A DNA stretch of 64,000 nucleotides from Acidobacteriota bacterium (GCA_046732715.1 JBKPNQ010000080.1:26-64025), one strand, 5' to 3'. Counted from the stretch's first letter, positions 17,258-27,726 are shown. Translations and numbers: made by a program. The notes: a model not told the origin generated them from the letters alone.

Positions 17258-18311
17258 ACCCTTCTATCAGGATATCGGCCCCGAGACGCTTTCGTGTGAC
17301 CGGGCCGAGCCCCGGAAGGGGCAGCGAAAGCCACTCCAGGCCGTCCCTCCCCAAACGGTGCGGGGTCATGTACATCTGGACGCGATCGACGAACCCGCCG
17401 TCCCAGAACGCGCGATGCAGTGTCGTCCCGCCCTCGACGATCATGGACGAAATGCCGCCGGCGGCCAGCTGCTCCAGCGTCTCGCCCAGGGTCCCTGCGA
17501 CCAGAATGCCGGCACCGGCCGCGGCCAGCACGTCGCCTCGTTTCTCATCCCGCTCGGACGTCGGCCTGCTACTGACAATTATCACCGGGCCACTGCTCAG
17601 CGTCGAGAACAGCCTGGCGCCGGGAGGGGTGCGGAGCCGCGAGTCAAACACGACGCGGACGAGCGGCCGGTAGCGAAACGCCCCACGAGGGGTCAGCGCA
17701 GGATCGTCGGCCAGCACCGTCGAGGAGCCAACGGCAATCGCGTCGACCTCCGCCCGGTCCCTATGAATGAGCCGAAATGCGGAAGCACCGGTCAACGGCG
17801 TTCGTACGCCCGGACGGAGCGCGATCCGATGATCGGCGCTCATGGCGACCTTGATCGTGATGAAGGGGCGCCTCCGCGTCATCACGCAGAAGAACGGCGC
17901 ATTGAGCGCGCGTGACTCGGATTCCAGCACCCCGGTGGACACGGCGATACCGCGGGAGCGCAGGATCTCGAGGCCGCGTCCGTTCACGCGCGGATTCGGA
18001 TCGCCTGTTGCAGCCACGACCCGGGCCACGCCTGAATCAGCAACGACCGGTGCGCACGCACCGGTTCGCCCGACGTGGCTGCATGGCTCGAGGGTGCAGT
18101 AAAGCGTCGCTCCCCTGGCGCGCGTCCCGGCATCACGCAGCGCGTGGACTTCGGCGTGCGCTCCTCCGGCCTGTTCATGGAACCCGCGGCCGACGACAAC
18201 TCCGTCAGCGTCGACGAGTACCGCGCCGACCATGGGATTGGGGCTTGTGCGGCCGCGGCCGCGCTCAGCCAGCGCCAGCGCACGGGCCATGTAATCAGAG
18301 TCGGTGAACAC
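17238..18311 (-). CDS. ribD: Bifunctional diaminohydroxyphosphoribosylaminopyrimidine deaminase / 5-amino-6-(5-phosphoribosylamino)uracil reductase
   Basis: Deaminase zinc motifs HAEVHAL and LEPCSHVGRTGAC; reductase C-half; track start 18395 translates the heptad array, trimmed to GTG 18311 (alternative ATG 18290). Confidence 0.92.
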   Translation of the reverse strand: MFTDSDYMARALALAERGRGRTSPNPMVGAVLVDADGVVVGRGFHEQAGGAHAEVHALRDAGTRARGATLYCTLEPCSHVGRTGACAPVVADSGVARVVAATGDPNPRVNGRGLEILRSRGIAVSTGVLESESRALNAPFFCVMTRRRPFITIKVAMSADHRIALRPGVRTPLTGASAFRLIHRDRAEVDAIAVGSSTVLADDPALTPRGAFRYRPLVRVVFDSRLRTPPGARLFSTLSSGPVIIVSSRPTSERDEKRGDVLAAAGAGILVAGTLGETLEQLAAGGISSMIVEGGTTLHRAFWDGGFVDRVQMYMTPHRLGRDGLEWLSLPLPGLGPVTRKRLGADILIEGYVHRAD

Positions 18312-18323
18312 AGGCGATCGGGT

Positions 18324-18387
18324 AGTTCCCAGTTTCCAGTCTCCAGTTACCAGTTTCTCAACACTGGAAACTGGGAACTGGCAACTG
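18324..18387. repeat. Heptad array family A hairpin
   Basis: agttccc agtttcc agtctcc agttacc agtttc - tcaaca - ctggaaa ctgggaa ctggcaa ctg; fills the ftsY-ribD spacer. Confidence 0.9.
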
Positions 18388-18388
18388 A

Positions 18389-19312
18389 TCACCACTTCTC
18401 CTCGAACAATGCATCCACGTATTCGTCCGGCGAGAACGGTATGAGATCGTCAATCGCTTCGCCGACGCCGACGTATCTGATCGGCAGTTTGAGGTCGTGC
18501 GCGATGGCGACGGCGATGCCGCCCTTTGCGGTTCCGTCGAGCTTGGTCAGCACGATCCCATTCACGCCGGCAACGCTCATGAACTCGCGCGCCTGCGTCA
18601 AGCCGTTCTGGCCGACGGTCGCGTCGAGAACGAGCAGCACCTCGTGCGGCGCGCCTTCAATCTCGCGCGCAGCTACACGTCGAATCTTGTCCAGCTCTTG
18701 CATCAGGTTGGCGCGCGTGTGCAGCCGGCCTGCGGTGTCGACGAGGACGACGTCCCGCTGACGGGACTTCCCCGCCGCGATCGCGTCGTAGACGACCGCC
18801 GCAGGATCGGCACCCGTCCTCGCTCTGATGATGTCGACGCCGGCACGTTTGGCCCAGATCTCGAGCTGTTCGACGGCGGCCGCTCTGAACGTATCCGCCG
18901 CGCAAATCAGGGGCGCCTGACCCGACTCCTTGATGAGGCGTGCGAGCTTTCCAACGGTGGTGGTTTTTCCGGTGCCGTTGACACCGACAATGAGCACGAC
19001 ATGCGGCCGGTGGCCGTTGCCCACTGGCGGATTCGCGCCGCGCAGGATGCCGCGGATCTCCTCTTTCACCAGCCCGCGGAGCGAGGCGCCGCCGGCGCGT
19101 TTTGCGCGTACGGCCTCAACGATCTGCTCCGTTGCGGCAACGCCGACGTCGGCCGAGATCAGCGCTTCCTCCAGCGCGTCGATGGTCTCGACGTCAATCG
19201 GTTGGCTTCGCTTCGCTGGTTCGTCCGCCCGCCTGACGACTTCCTCAAATCGCTCGACGAACTGTTCCTTCGTGCGCGTCAGCGACTCTTTGATCTTGTC
19301 GAAAAAACCCAT
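18389..19312 (-). CDS. ftsY: Signal recognition particle receptor FtsY
   Basis: GVNGTGKTTT, DTAGRLH, LTKLDGTAKGG; track start 19396 trimmed to MGFFDKIK (ATG 19312). Confidence 0.94.
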   Translation of the reverse strand: MGFFDKIKESLTRTKEQFVERFEEVVRRADEPAKRSQPIDVETIDALEEALISADVGVAATEQIVEAVRAKRAGGASLRGLVKEEIRGILRGANPPVGNGHRPHVVLIVGVNGTGKTTTVGKLARLIKESGQAPLICAADTFRAAAVEQLEIWAKRAGVDIIRARTGADPAAVVYDAIAAGKSRQRDVVLVDTAGRLHTRANLMQELDKIRRVAAREIEGAPHEVLLVLDATVGQNGLTQAREFMSVAGVNGIVLTKLDGTAKGGIAVAIAHDLKLPIRYVGVGEAIDDLIPFSPDEYVDALFEEKW

Positions 19313-19318
19313 TGATCT

Positions 19319-19349
19319 CAGTTTCCAGTTCCCAGTTTCCTGTTTCCAG
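19319..19349. repeat. Heptad array family A, single-armed
   Basis: cagtttc cagttcc cagtttc ctgtttc cag, starts 7 nt upstream of the ftsY ATG. Confidence 0.85.
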
Positions 19350-19354
19350 CCATC

Positions 19355-19422
19355 GTCAATCGGCAATCTCGATCCCGCAATCGGCACCCGCCACAATCAG
19401 CAATCAACAATCGCCAATCGAT
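19355..19422. repeat. Heptad array family B, single-armed, directly abutting the family A array
   Basis: gtcaatc ggcaatc tcgatcc cgcaatc ... agcaatc aacaatc gccaatc gatc; ends at the gpsA stop. Confidence 0.85.
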
Positions 19423-20421
19423 CTATTCCACCTCGGCCCTTTGCCTGCGTCCCATCAATGTCTCGACCGCTTCGAGCGCTGACGACCGCTCCTCGAGTAC
19501 GGCGGACATTTGCGCGGCGATCGGCAACTCGATCCCGTGACGTGCCCCGAGTGCGAGCGCTGCGCCAGTCGTCCGTACACCCTCGGCGACCATGTGCATG
19601 TCGCTGAGAATCTGCGAAAGCTTGCGCCCCTTGCCAAGCTCCAGGCCGACGTGGCGATTGCGGCTGAGATCCCCAGTACAGGTCACGACGAGATCGCCAA
19701 GGCCGCTCAGGCCTGCCAACGTGTCGCGACGTGCCCCTTCCGCGCACGCGACACGCGTGATCTCCGCGAGGCCGCGGGTGATCAGCGCGGCCATCGCGTT
19801 GTGTCCGAGACCGAGCCCTTCGACGACGCCGGCGGCGATCGCAATAACGTTCTTCAGCGCACCGCCGATCTCCACGCCGGCGACGTCATCGCTGGCATAG
19901 AGCCGGAGCCCGGGGCCTCGAAACTGTTCCTGCACTCGAGACGCCGCGCGGTCGTCGGCAGACGCGACGAGGACCGCGGCCGGCAGTCCGCGCGCGACTT
20001 CCGTCGCGAAGCTCGGGCCGGAGAGCACGACCACTGGAAATCCCGCGGCGGTTTCCGCCTCGATGACTTGTGACATCCGCTGATGTGACTCGCCTTCAAG
20101 CCCCTTGGCCGCGCTCACGATCAACGCGTCCGGCGGAATGCTCGAGAGAGCCCTTCGGACAACACCGCGAAGCCCGTGTGAAGGGACCGCGACGACAACA
20201 ATCTGCGAGTCCGCCAATGCCGTCTCGATCGAAGCGGTCGGACGAACATCCGTCGGCAAATCGATTCCGGGCAAATACGACGCGTTGACCCGCGAGGCGA
20301 TCAGGCGATCCGCCAGCGCTTCGTCCCGCGCCCACAGGCGGACAACATGGCCGGCGCGAGCGAGGTGGATCGCAAGAGCCGTCCCCCAGCTGCCGGCCCC
20401 AAGCACGGCGATTCGGGTCAT
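19423..20421 (-). CDS. gpsA: NAD(P)H-dependent glycerol-3-phosphate dehydrogenase
   Basis: MTRIAVLGAGSWGTALA Rossmann N-terminus; trimmed from 20550 to ATG 20421, which overlaps the plsY stop (ATGA). Confidence 0.92.
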   Translation of the reverse strand: MTRIAVLGAGSWGTALAIHLARAGHVVRLWARDEALADRLIASRVNASYLPGIDLPTDVRPTASIETALADSQIVVVAVPSHGLRGVVRRALSSIPPDALIVSAAKGLEGESHQRMSQVIEAETAAGFPVVVLSGPSFATEVARGLPAAVLVASADDRAASRVQEQFRGPGLRLYASDDVAGVEIGGALKNVIAIAAGVVEGLGLGHNAMAALITRGLAEITRVACAEGARRDTLAGLSGLGDLVVTCTGDLSRNRHVGLELGKGRKLSQILSDMHMVAEGVRTTGAALALGARHGIELPIAAQMSAVLEERSSALEAVETLMGRRQRAEVE

Positions 20422-20996
20422 GCGGCGGCCCCCATTCTGCGTTCGGTCCCCGAATACAGCCTTCGCACGTTGGCGCGATGTCGAAACAGAATCAGCGCGC
20501 CGGCGCCGAACGCAGAAGCGACGACCGCGTCGGGCGCACCAGCCCACCACGCGACCGGAGGCAACGCCAGGGTGGCGGCGATGGAACCCAGCGAGACGTA
20601 GCGCGTGAGCCAGACAGTGGTGATGAACAATACCGCTGACACGCCGGTCGCGACCGGAGACAGGATACTGAACACGCCCGCAGCCACGGCGACTCCCTTG
20701 CCGCCATGAAACCTCAGCCAGACCGGATAAATATGGCCGACGATCGCCGCCGCGCCGGTGAGCGCCGCGATCGAAGCTCCGCCGGCCGCGAGGTTGACGA
20801 TCAGCACGGCCGCCGCTCCCTTTGCCACGTCAAGCAGCATGACCGTGACAGCTCGCCCTGTGCCGGTCGTGCGAAGCACGTTCGCTGCTCCAACGTTGCC
20901 GCTGCCGGCAACGCGAACATCGATACCCGCGCGCCGGGCCAGCAGAAACGCAAACGGCACCGACCCAGCCAGATAACCGAACAACACTGGAAACAT
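20418..20996 (-). CDS. plsY: Glycerol-3-phosphate acyltransferase PlsY
   Basis: 192 aa polytopic membrane protein; GSGNVGAANV and HGGKGVA motifs. Confidence 0.9.
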   Translation of the reverse strand: MFPVLFGYLAGSVPFAFLLARRAGIDVRVAGSGNVGAANVLRTTGTGRAVTVMLLDVAKGAAAVLIVNLAAGGASIAALTGAAAIVGHIYPVWLRFHGGKGVAVAAGVFSILSPVATGVSAVLFITTVWLTRYVSLGSIAATLALPPVAWWAGAPDAVVASAFGAGALILFRHRANVRRLYSGTERRMGAAA

Positions 20997-21015
20997 AGTT
21001 CACGAATACTCAGTC

Positions 21016-21071
21016 GGTTTGGGTTTTGGGTTTTTTGGGGTTTCGTTCTTCAAAACCTAAAACCTAAAACG
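21016..21071. repeat. Heptad array family F (GGGTTTT / AAAACCT) hairpin
   Basis: ggtttgggttttgggttttttggggttt - cgttcttc - aaaacctaaaacctaaaacgg; thpR-plsY spacer. Confidence 0.85.
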
Positions 21072-21086
21072 GACAAGCGTTAGCAC

Positions 21087-21656
21087 CTACTCTAATGGTA
21101 TCCGCAGGAGGGGTTCGTAGTTGGCGCCTTTGGGCGAGAGGCGGCTTTGAAACACGGTGACGTGGGTCGTTCGGCAACGTCCCGCGACCGCTGACCACGT
21201 TTGCAGCATCTCGCGAAGCGCGCGATTTGGGATCGCGCGGGAGACGCTCTTCACGCGAGCGATCGTCACGTGCGCGGAGTAGGCGCGCCGTTCCGGCTCA
21301 AACCCAAGCGGCCCCAGCCTGATTGCCAGTTCCGAGTGTATGCGACGGAGCGACGCCAGACCCGCAGCGACGCCCAACCAGAACACTCGGGGCGGGCCCG
21401 ACGGCGGGAACGCGCCCAGGCCGCCGATCTCGAGATCGAAGGCAGGGACTTCGTATGGACGTTCCAGCACTTGTCGCAGCTCTTCACTGCGAGCGTCGCC
21501 GATCTCGCCGATAAACCATAACGTGATATGCAAGTTGGACGCGGCAATCCATCTCGCGTCGACACGCTCTGAGAGCTGACGCCTCAGGGATTCGGATATG
21601 CGCGCGGCGGCCTCTCTGACGCGATCGTCCAGTTCGATACCAACAAAGAGGCGCAC
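21087..21656 (-). CDS. thpR: RNA 2',3'-cyclic phosphodiesterase (2H family, ThpR/LigT)
   Basis: 189 aa; two HxT/Sx motifs (HITLWF, HVTIARV). Confidence 0.88.
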   Translation of the reverse strand: MRLFVGIELDDRVREAAARISESLRRQLSERVDARWIAASNLHITLWFIGEIGDARSEELRQVLERPYEVPAFDLEIGGLGAFPPSGPPRVFWLGVAAGLASLRRIHSELAIRLGPLGFEPERRAYSAHVTIARVKSVSRAIPNRALREMLQTWSAVAGRCRTTHVTVFQSRLSPKGANYEPLLRIPLE

Positions 21657-21668
21657 GGGAATCTCAGG

Positions 21669-21753
21669 AATTGCTGGTTTTCGATTGTTGATTGCTGGTC
21701 GATTGGATCACTTCATTCAACAATCAACAATCAACGATCAGCGATCGGCAATT
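21669..21753. repeat. Heptad array family B hairpin
   Basis: aattgctggttttcgattgttgattgctggtcgattg - 12 nt - caacaatcaacaatcaacgatcagcgatcggcaatt; cinA-thpR spacer, contains the cinA stop. Confidence 0.88.
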
Positions 21754-23050
21754 ATTCAATCTTCTTCTGTAACGTCCTTCTGACCATGTCCAGCGCCGAC
21801 TGAGTCGCCTGGAACCTGATCTGCGGTCGGCCGCCAATGAACCAGAACGTTCGCACCTGCGCCGGCAGCTGGTCACCGGTCAGGGCGATCGCGACCGTGC
21901 CGACCGGCTTCTCGGCGGTCGCTCCTCCGGGACCGGCGATGCCGGTGATTCCAACACCGAGCGACGCGCCGGTTCGCGAGCGAATGCCATCGGCCAGGGC
22001 CACCGCCACTGGTTCACTGACCGCTCCGTGCGTGGCGATCAAATCCGCCGGCACGTCGGCAAGAATCGTCTTCAGCTCGTTGCTGTAGGTCACCGCGCCG
22101 CCGAGAACGTAGGCGGAACTGCCCGGCACGTCGGTCAACCGCGTCATCAAGAGTCCGCCGGTGCAGGATTCGGCAGCGCTGATCGTGAGACGGCGGTCGC
22201 GCAGCATCGCGCCAACCACTTCTTCCATCGGGCGGCCATCGGTGCTGAAGACGTCGATGCCAAGCGCATTCATCAGCTCGTTCCGGGCATCACGCAGCCG
22301 CGTTCGGCCGGCATCGGTGCGCGAGCGGAGCGTGAGATGAAGCTCCACCTGGCCTGGCATAGCCAGGATTGTCGTGTCGATCGGTGGAGTCTCCGTCGTC
22401 CAGCGCGAATAAATCGGCTGCGCGATTTCCTCGACATGCGACTCTCCACGGCCCGCAACGAACAGCGTCTCGCGATGAATCGTCCATTTCCCGGTCCGAC
22501 CCGCCAGCTGCGATGCGCAGAGCGCCTCGAACATCGGTTGCAGCTCACGCGGAGGACCGGGAAGCAGAACAATGACCTGCGTGCCATGTTCGATCATCAA
22601 CCCGGGCGCCGTGCCATTTGGATTGTCGAGAACCTGCGCGCCGTCGGGAACCATGGCCTGCCGCCGGTTCACGTCTGGCATCCGCAGTCCGCGCCTGGCA
22701 AACCGGGCCTGGATGTGCGCCACGATATCGGCATGCTCCGTCATCGGTCGCTCGAGGGCGGCCGACACGACCTCTCGCGTCAGGTCGTCATCCGTGGGAC
22801 CGAGGCCGCCAGTCAGGATGACGAGGTCGGCGCGGGACAATGCCGCAAGAAAGATGTCGCGCAGCCTGACACGATCGTCGCCGACGACACTCTTCGCCCG
22901 GAGTTCGACGCCGAGATTGCCGAGGCGTCCAGCGAGAAACAGCGAGTTCGTGTCGAGCCGGGTGGTGCCGAGAAGCTCGCTGCCCACGGCAATCACTTCC
23001 GCCGTGGCCAGCGGCGGATGGTCTATCGGATCCATGTTGGCAGGAGCCAC
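21752..23050 (-). CDS. cinA: CinA-family competence/damage-inducible protein (MoCF-binding + nicotinamide-nucleotide amidase domains)
   Basis: 432 aa; N-terminal VIAVGSELL...TN, C-terminal ESCTGGLL; start GTG 23050 or ATG 23035, both overlapping the pgpA 3' end. Confidence 0.9.
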   Translation of the reverse strand: MAPANMDPIDHPPLATAEVIAVGSELLGTTRLDTNSLFLAGRLGNLGVELRAKSVVGDDRVRLRDIFLAALSRADLVILTGGLGPTDDDLTREVVSAALERPMTEHADIVAHIQARFARRGLRMPDVNRRQAMVPDGAQVLDNPNGTAPGLMIEHGTQVIVLLPGPPRELQPMFEALCASQLAGRTGKWTIHRETLFVAGRGESHVEEIAQPIYSRWTTETPPIDTTILAMPGQVELHLTLRSRTDAGRTRLRDARNELMNALGIDVFSTDGRPMEEVVGAMLRDRRLTISAAESCTGGLLMTRLTDVPGSSAYVLGGAVTYSNELKTILADVPADLIATHGAVSEPVAVALADGIRSRTGASLGVGITGIAGPGGATAEKPVGTVAIALTGDQLPAQVRTFWFIGGRPQIRFQATQSALDMVRRTLQKKIE

Positions 23051-23487
23051 ATCAGAATGCGCAAACAGATGTTCGCATACACCGCCGCCATCGCATCGTC
23101 GGCCATCACGCCAAGCCCACCGTGCAGCTGTTCGAATCGACCCGCGGGATATGGCTTGAAGACGTCAAACACGCGAAAGAGGAAGAACCCCGCCAATGCC
23201 GCGGACCAACCAACCGGAATGAAGGCGAGCGTGATCAGCATGCCCACGACTTCGTCGATGACCACGGGCCCCGGATCGATTCCGCCGAAATACTGCTCGG
23301 CAGTGGTCCCGGCCCAGACGCCGGCCACAAACAGACCGGCGATGAGCGCGACTTCGACGATCGGCGACTGCGTCCACCAGACAATCGCGTAGACGACGAG
23401 CCCGGCGGCCGATCCAACCGTCCCCGGCGCTACGGGAAAGTACCCGCAATACGCCGCAGTGGCGATGAACACCGCGAGTCGAGTCAC
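23023..23487 (-). CDS. pgpA: Phosphatidylglycerophosphatase A
   Basis: C-terminal 155 aa of track ORF 23023-23832 match PgpA (GYFPVAPGTVGS, VVIDEVVGM, FRVFDVFKPYP, GGLGVMADD); GTG 23487 overlaps upstream stop (GTGA). Confidence 0.88.
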   Translation of the reverse strand: MTRLAVFIATAAYCGYFPVAPGTVGSAAGLVVYAIVWWTQSPIVEVALIAGLFVAGVWAGTTAEQYFGGIDPGPVVIDEVVGMLITLAFIPVGWSAALAGFFLFRVFDVFKPYPAGRFEQLHGGLGVMADDAMAAVYANICLRILMWLLPTWIR

Positions 23488-24377
23488 GCTTTGACGACGC
23501 GGGTGTCGGCGAGGCGGTCGTGGATTGCGCGCCGGTCGGCGCCCACCAATGCCGGAAGGAAGCCGAGGCCGACAGGCACTGCCGACACGAAGTAGGCTGC
23601 CGCTCGCACAATCGCGCGCCCCAACGGGACGCGCACCAGATCCGGATCCATCGACACGACGCGAATGCCGGTGGCCATCTTGCCGATGGTCTGTCCGCCG
23701 GCCGCCGTGAACAACGTCAGATATCCTCCCGCGATCAACAACAGAAACGACGCAAACGGCACCGCCGGAATAACCGCGATCCTGGAGAACGGCAAGCCGC
23801 AGATCCTCAGCGTCAAGTACAGCACAATCCATCCGATTGTGAGGAGGATAGTGGTATCAAGCAGCGCCGCCACGCAACGAGGGCCCAACAACGCGACGAC
23901 CCCGCCATCTTGGTTGACGGCCGTCGTTGCCGGAATCATCGGCGGGCGGCTGGCCTCCTCGGGTACTGAATCCGGCGGGCCGAGATCGAGCGACGGTTCG
24001 TCGACCGGCGCGCGAGTCGACGGTTTGGGCGTCGGCGTCGACCGACGCACGGTCAGTGGCGCCCGAGGGGGCGCGGCAGGAGTGACGAGCGGCGGCGTGT
24101 GGTCGGACGGCCGCCGCTCTTTGAACAGTGGCAAATCGAAAGAGCTGGCAATCGGTTTCGAAGGCTGGGAACTGATCGCGTCGGCGACCGGCGCCGCATG
24201 ATCAGTTCGCCGGGAGTCGAGGGCAAAGTCTCCCAGCGGACCGATCGGCTCGTCACTGGTATGAATCGGAAGGTCGAGCCCGCGGGCGGCGTCCGGTGTC
24301 AGGGAAAACTCATATCCGCAGTTACGACAGCGTTCGCCACTGTCGAAGCTGATGTACTGACACTTCGGACATCTCAT
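23484..24377 (-). CDS. Zinc-ribbon + RDD-domain membrane protein
   Basis: N-terminal MRCPKCQY...CRNCGY zinc ribbon, Pro-rich linker, C-terminal RDD-family TM domain (...GQTIGKMATGIRVV...AIHDRLADTRVV); trimmed to ATG 24377 overlapping upstream stop (ATGA). Confidence 0.78.
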   Translation of the reverse strand: MRCPKCQYISFDSGERCRNCGYEFSLTPDAARGLDLPIHTSDEPIGPLGDFALDSRRTDHAAPVADAISSQPSKPIASSFDLPLFKERRPSDHTPPLVTPAAPPRAPLTVRRSTPTPKPSTRAPVDEPSLDLGPPDSVPEEASRPPMIPATTAVNQDGGVVALLGPRCVAALLDTTILLTIGWIVLYLTLRICGLPFSRIAVIPAVPFASFLLLIAGGYLTLFTAAGGQTIGKMATGIRVVSMDPDLVRVPLGRAIVRAAAYFVSAVPVGLGFLPALVGADRRAIHDRLADTRVVKA

Positions 24378-25213
24378 CGGCGCGGGCGATCCGCGACGGG
24401 TGCGGCTGCAGACCGATCGCTTCTCGCCGCCTCCAGCAGCTTGAGCTGAATCGTGGCCTTCAGGTGATCCGCCTCCGCGCTGAGCGGATCGCCTGGACCG
24501 ATGGCGTCGAGGGCGAGCAACGCCTCGTGGAGATGCCCTCGATCGAATTGCGCCTGCGCACGGGCGATCGATACGTCTGACGCGGAGGGAATGGGCAACG
24601 GTTCGTCGCGGACGCGTGCGCCCGACCCCGCCGTCGAACCGGGAACGAGAGGCAGCCATTGCTGCCCTCGGGTCCAGAGGATTCCGATCGCCACGGCCGC
24701 CACGGCCAACCCCAAAACGACGCCGGCGGCGACCCAGCCGAGCCACGATCGATCGCTTCGACCAGACTCGGACTCAACGGTAGGCAGTCGTGGCGCCTCG
24801 CGGCGCAGCAGACGCGTGTCCTGCGGTCCGCTGGCGGTTTCCAACCGGTCGAGTCGCTCGAGCAGCGCGAGCGCCTCGTCCGTGGCAGCGCCACGATCGA
24901 CCGCCGATCTGAGCAGTCGGCGCGCGGTTTCAGGTTCCCCGCGTTGAAACGCCGCGGCGCCAGTGTGAATCAGTTCCTCTGCCTCGCGCTGACGCTCCGC
25001 GATGGCACCACGGGCCCGCTCGATGTAGGCCCGGGCTCGCGCGTGACCACGATCGATGAACAGCGCACGCGTCCAGACGTTGATGGCGAGTTCGTGTTGA
25101 CCGGCGAAGTAGTGGTCGAGGCCGCTCAGCAGCAGCCCTTCCAGACGCGCTTCACGGTCCCGCTCGGATTCGGGCGAGGAGGATGCGAGGCCGATGGTCG
25201 GATCAGACGTCAC
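24374..25213 (-). CDS. Hypothetical single-pass membrane protein with TPR-like helical segments
   Basis: 279 aa; TM WLGWVAAGVVLGLAVAAVAIGILW flanked by helical repeats; GTG start. Confidence 0.6.
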   Translation of the reverse strand: MTSDPTIGLASSSPESERDREARLEGLLLSGLDHYFAGQHELAINVWTRALFIDRGHARARAYIERARGAIAERQREAEELIHTGAAAFQRGEPETARRLLRSAVDRGAATDEALALLERLDRLETASGPQDTRLLRREAPRLPTVESESGRSDRSWLGWVAAGVVLGLAVAAVAIGILWTRGQQWLPLVPGSTAGSGARVRDEPLPIPSASDVSIARAQAQFDRGHLHEALLALDAIGPGDPLSAEADHLKATIQLKLLEAARSDRSAAAPVADRPRR

Positions 25214-25293
25214 GAATTTTTAGGTTCCCACGCAGAACCGCAGCGATTATGAGGCCGAATGGTCGACGGACACAACTCAAAAGCTTCGGCTAT

Positions 25294-25378
25294 CAGCTTC
25301 CAGCTTCCAGCGAGTTCAGTTTCCAGTTTCCAGTTTCCAGTTGCCAGTTTCGCGAATCGCGAATCGCGAATCGCGATT
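25294..25378. repeat. Composite single-armed heptad arrays: family A (25294-25350) abutting family D CGCGAAT x4 (25351-25378)
   Basis: cagcttc cagcttc cagcgag ttcagtt tccagtt tccagtt tccagtt gccagtt t | cgcgaat cgcgaat cgcgaat cgcgatt; divergent spacer. Confidence 0.9.
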
Positions 25379-25413
25379 GCAGATCGCCACCGCCTCCGTG
25401 ATAGAAAATCCTC

Positions 25414-26304
25414 ATGCCAATTGTCGAGTCCATCCCCAACGTCAGCGAGGGGCGACGCCCCGAAGTTGTCGAGCGACTGGCCGCGGCCATTCGGGCCGTG
25501 CCGGGAGCACGGTTGCTCGACTACTCGTCCGATCCATCTCACAACCGATCGGTGTTCACGCTCGTCGGCGATGCGGACGCGGTCAAGGCGGCGACGCTCG
25601 CGTTGTTCGCGGCGGTGCTCCCGGTCATTGATCTGCGCACTCATCGAGGCGAGCATCCCCGACTGGGTGCGATAGACGTGGTGCCATTCGTCCCCATCGA
25701 GGGAATCACGATGGAACAGTGTGTGGCGCTGGCCAAGGATGTGGGCGCTTCGATCGCAGAACAGTTCCGTGTCCCTGTTTACCTGTATGAGGAGGCATCC
25801 ACTAACCCTGCGCGCAAGAACCTCGAAGACATCCGTCGTGGCGAATTCGAGGGGCTGACCGAGAAGATGCGTGGCGACGGCTGGATCCCGGACTTCGGTC
25901 CGCGAAATCCTCACCCGTCTGCTGGAGCGAGCGTGGTTGGGGCGCGAATGCCACTGATTGCCTACAACATCAACCTCGCCACCAACCGACTCGATGTGGC
26001 GAAGAAAATCGCGGCGGCGATTCGATACAGCAGCGGTGGGCTGCGGTACGTCAAGGCGGCCGGCTTCATGCTCGAGGATCGTCAAATCGTCCAGGTGTCG
26101 ATGAACCTGACGAACTACCAGAAGACCCCGATCTTCAGAGTGTTCGAGATGGTGAAGCGTGAGGCCGAGCGGTACGGGGTGTCGATTCTCGAGAGTGAAA
26201 TCGTGGGTCTCGTCCCGTCGGCCGCGCTGACGTCAGCGGCCGAGTTCTATTTGCAGCTTGAAAGGTTTGGGCCAGAACAAATACTGGAAAACAAGTTGAA
26301 ATGA
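25414..26304 (+). CDS. Glutamate formimidoyltransferase (formiminotransferase domain protein)
   Basis: 296 aa; MPIVESIPNVSEGRR N-terminus and overall FtcD N/C-subdomain pattern. Confidence 0.85.
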   Translation: MPIVESIPNVSEGRRPEVVERLAAAIRAVPGARLLDYSSDPSHNRSVFTLVGDADAVKAATLALFAAVLPVIDLRTHRGEHPRLGAIDVVPFVPIEGITMEQCVALAKDVGASIAEQFRVPVYLYEEASTNPARKNLEDIRRGEFEGLTEKMRGDGWIPDFGPRNPHPSAGASVVGARMPLIAYNINLATNRLDVAKKIAAAIRYSSGGLRYVKAAGFMLEDRQIVQVSMNLTNYQKTPIFRVFEMVKREAERYGVSILESEIVGLVPSAALTSAAEFYLQLERFGPEQILENKLK

Positions 26305-26346
26305 GTTGCGAGCTTCCCGCGACTCGCGAACTAGCGACTTGCGACA
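26305..26346. repeat. Heptad array family D variant (GCGACTN), 6 heptads
   Basis: gttgcga gcttccc gcgactc gcgaact agcgact tgcgaca; fills the convergent spacer. Confidence 0.75.
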
Positions 26347-26349
26347 AGG

Positions 26350-27726
<1,377 letters not shown>

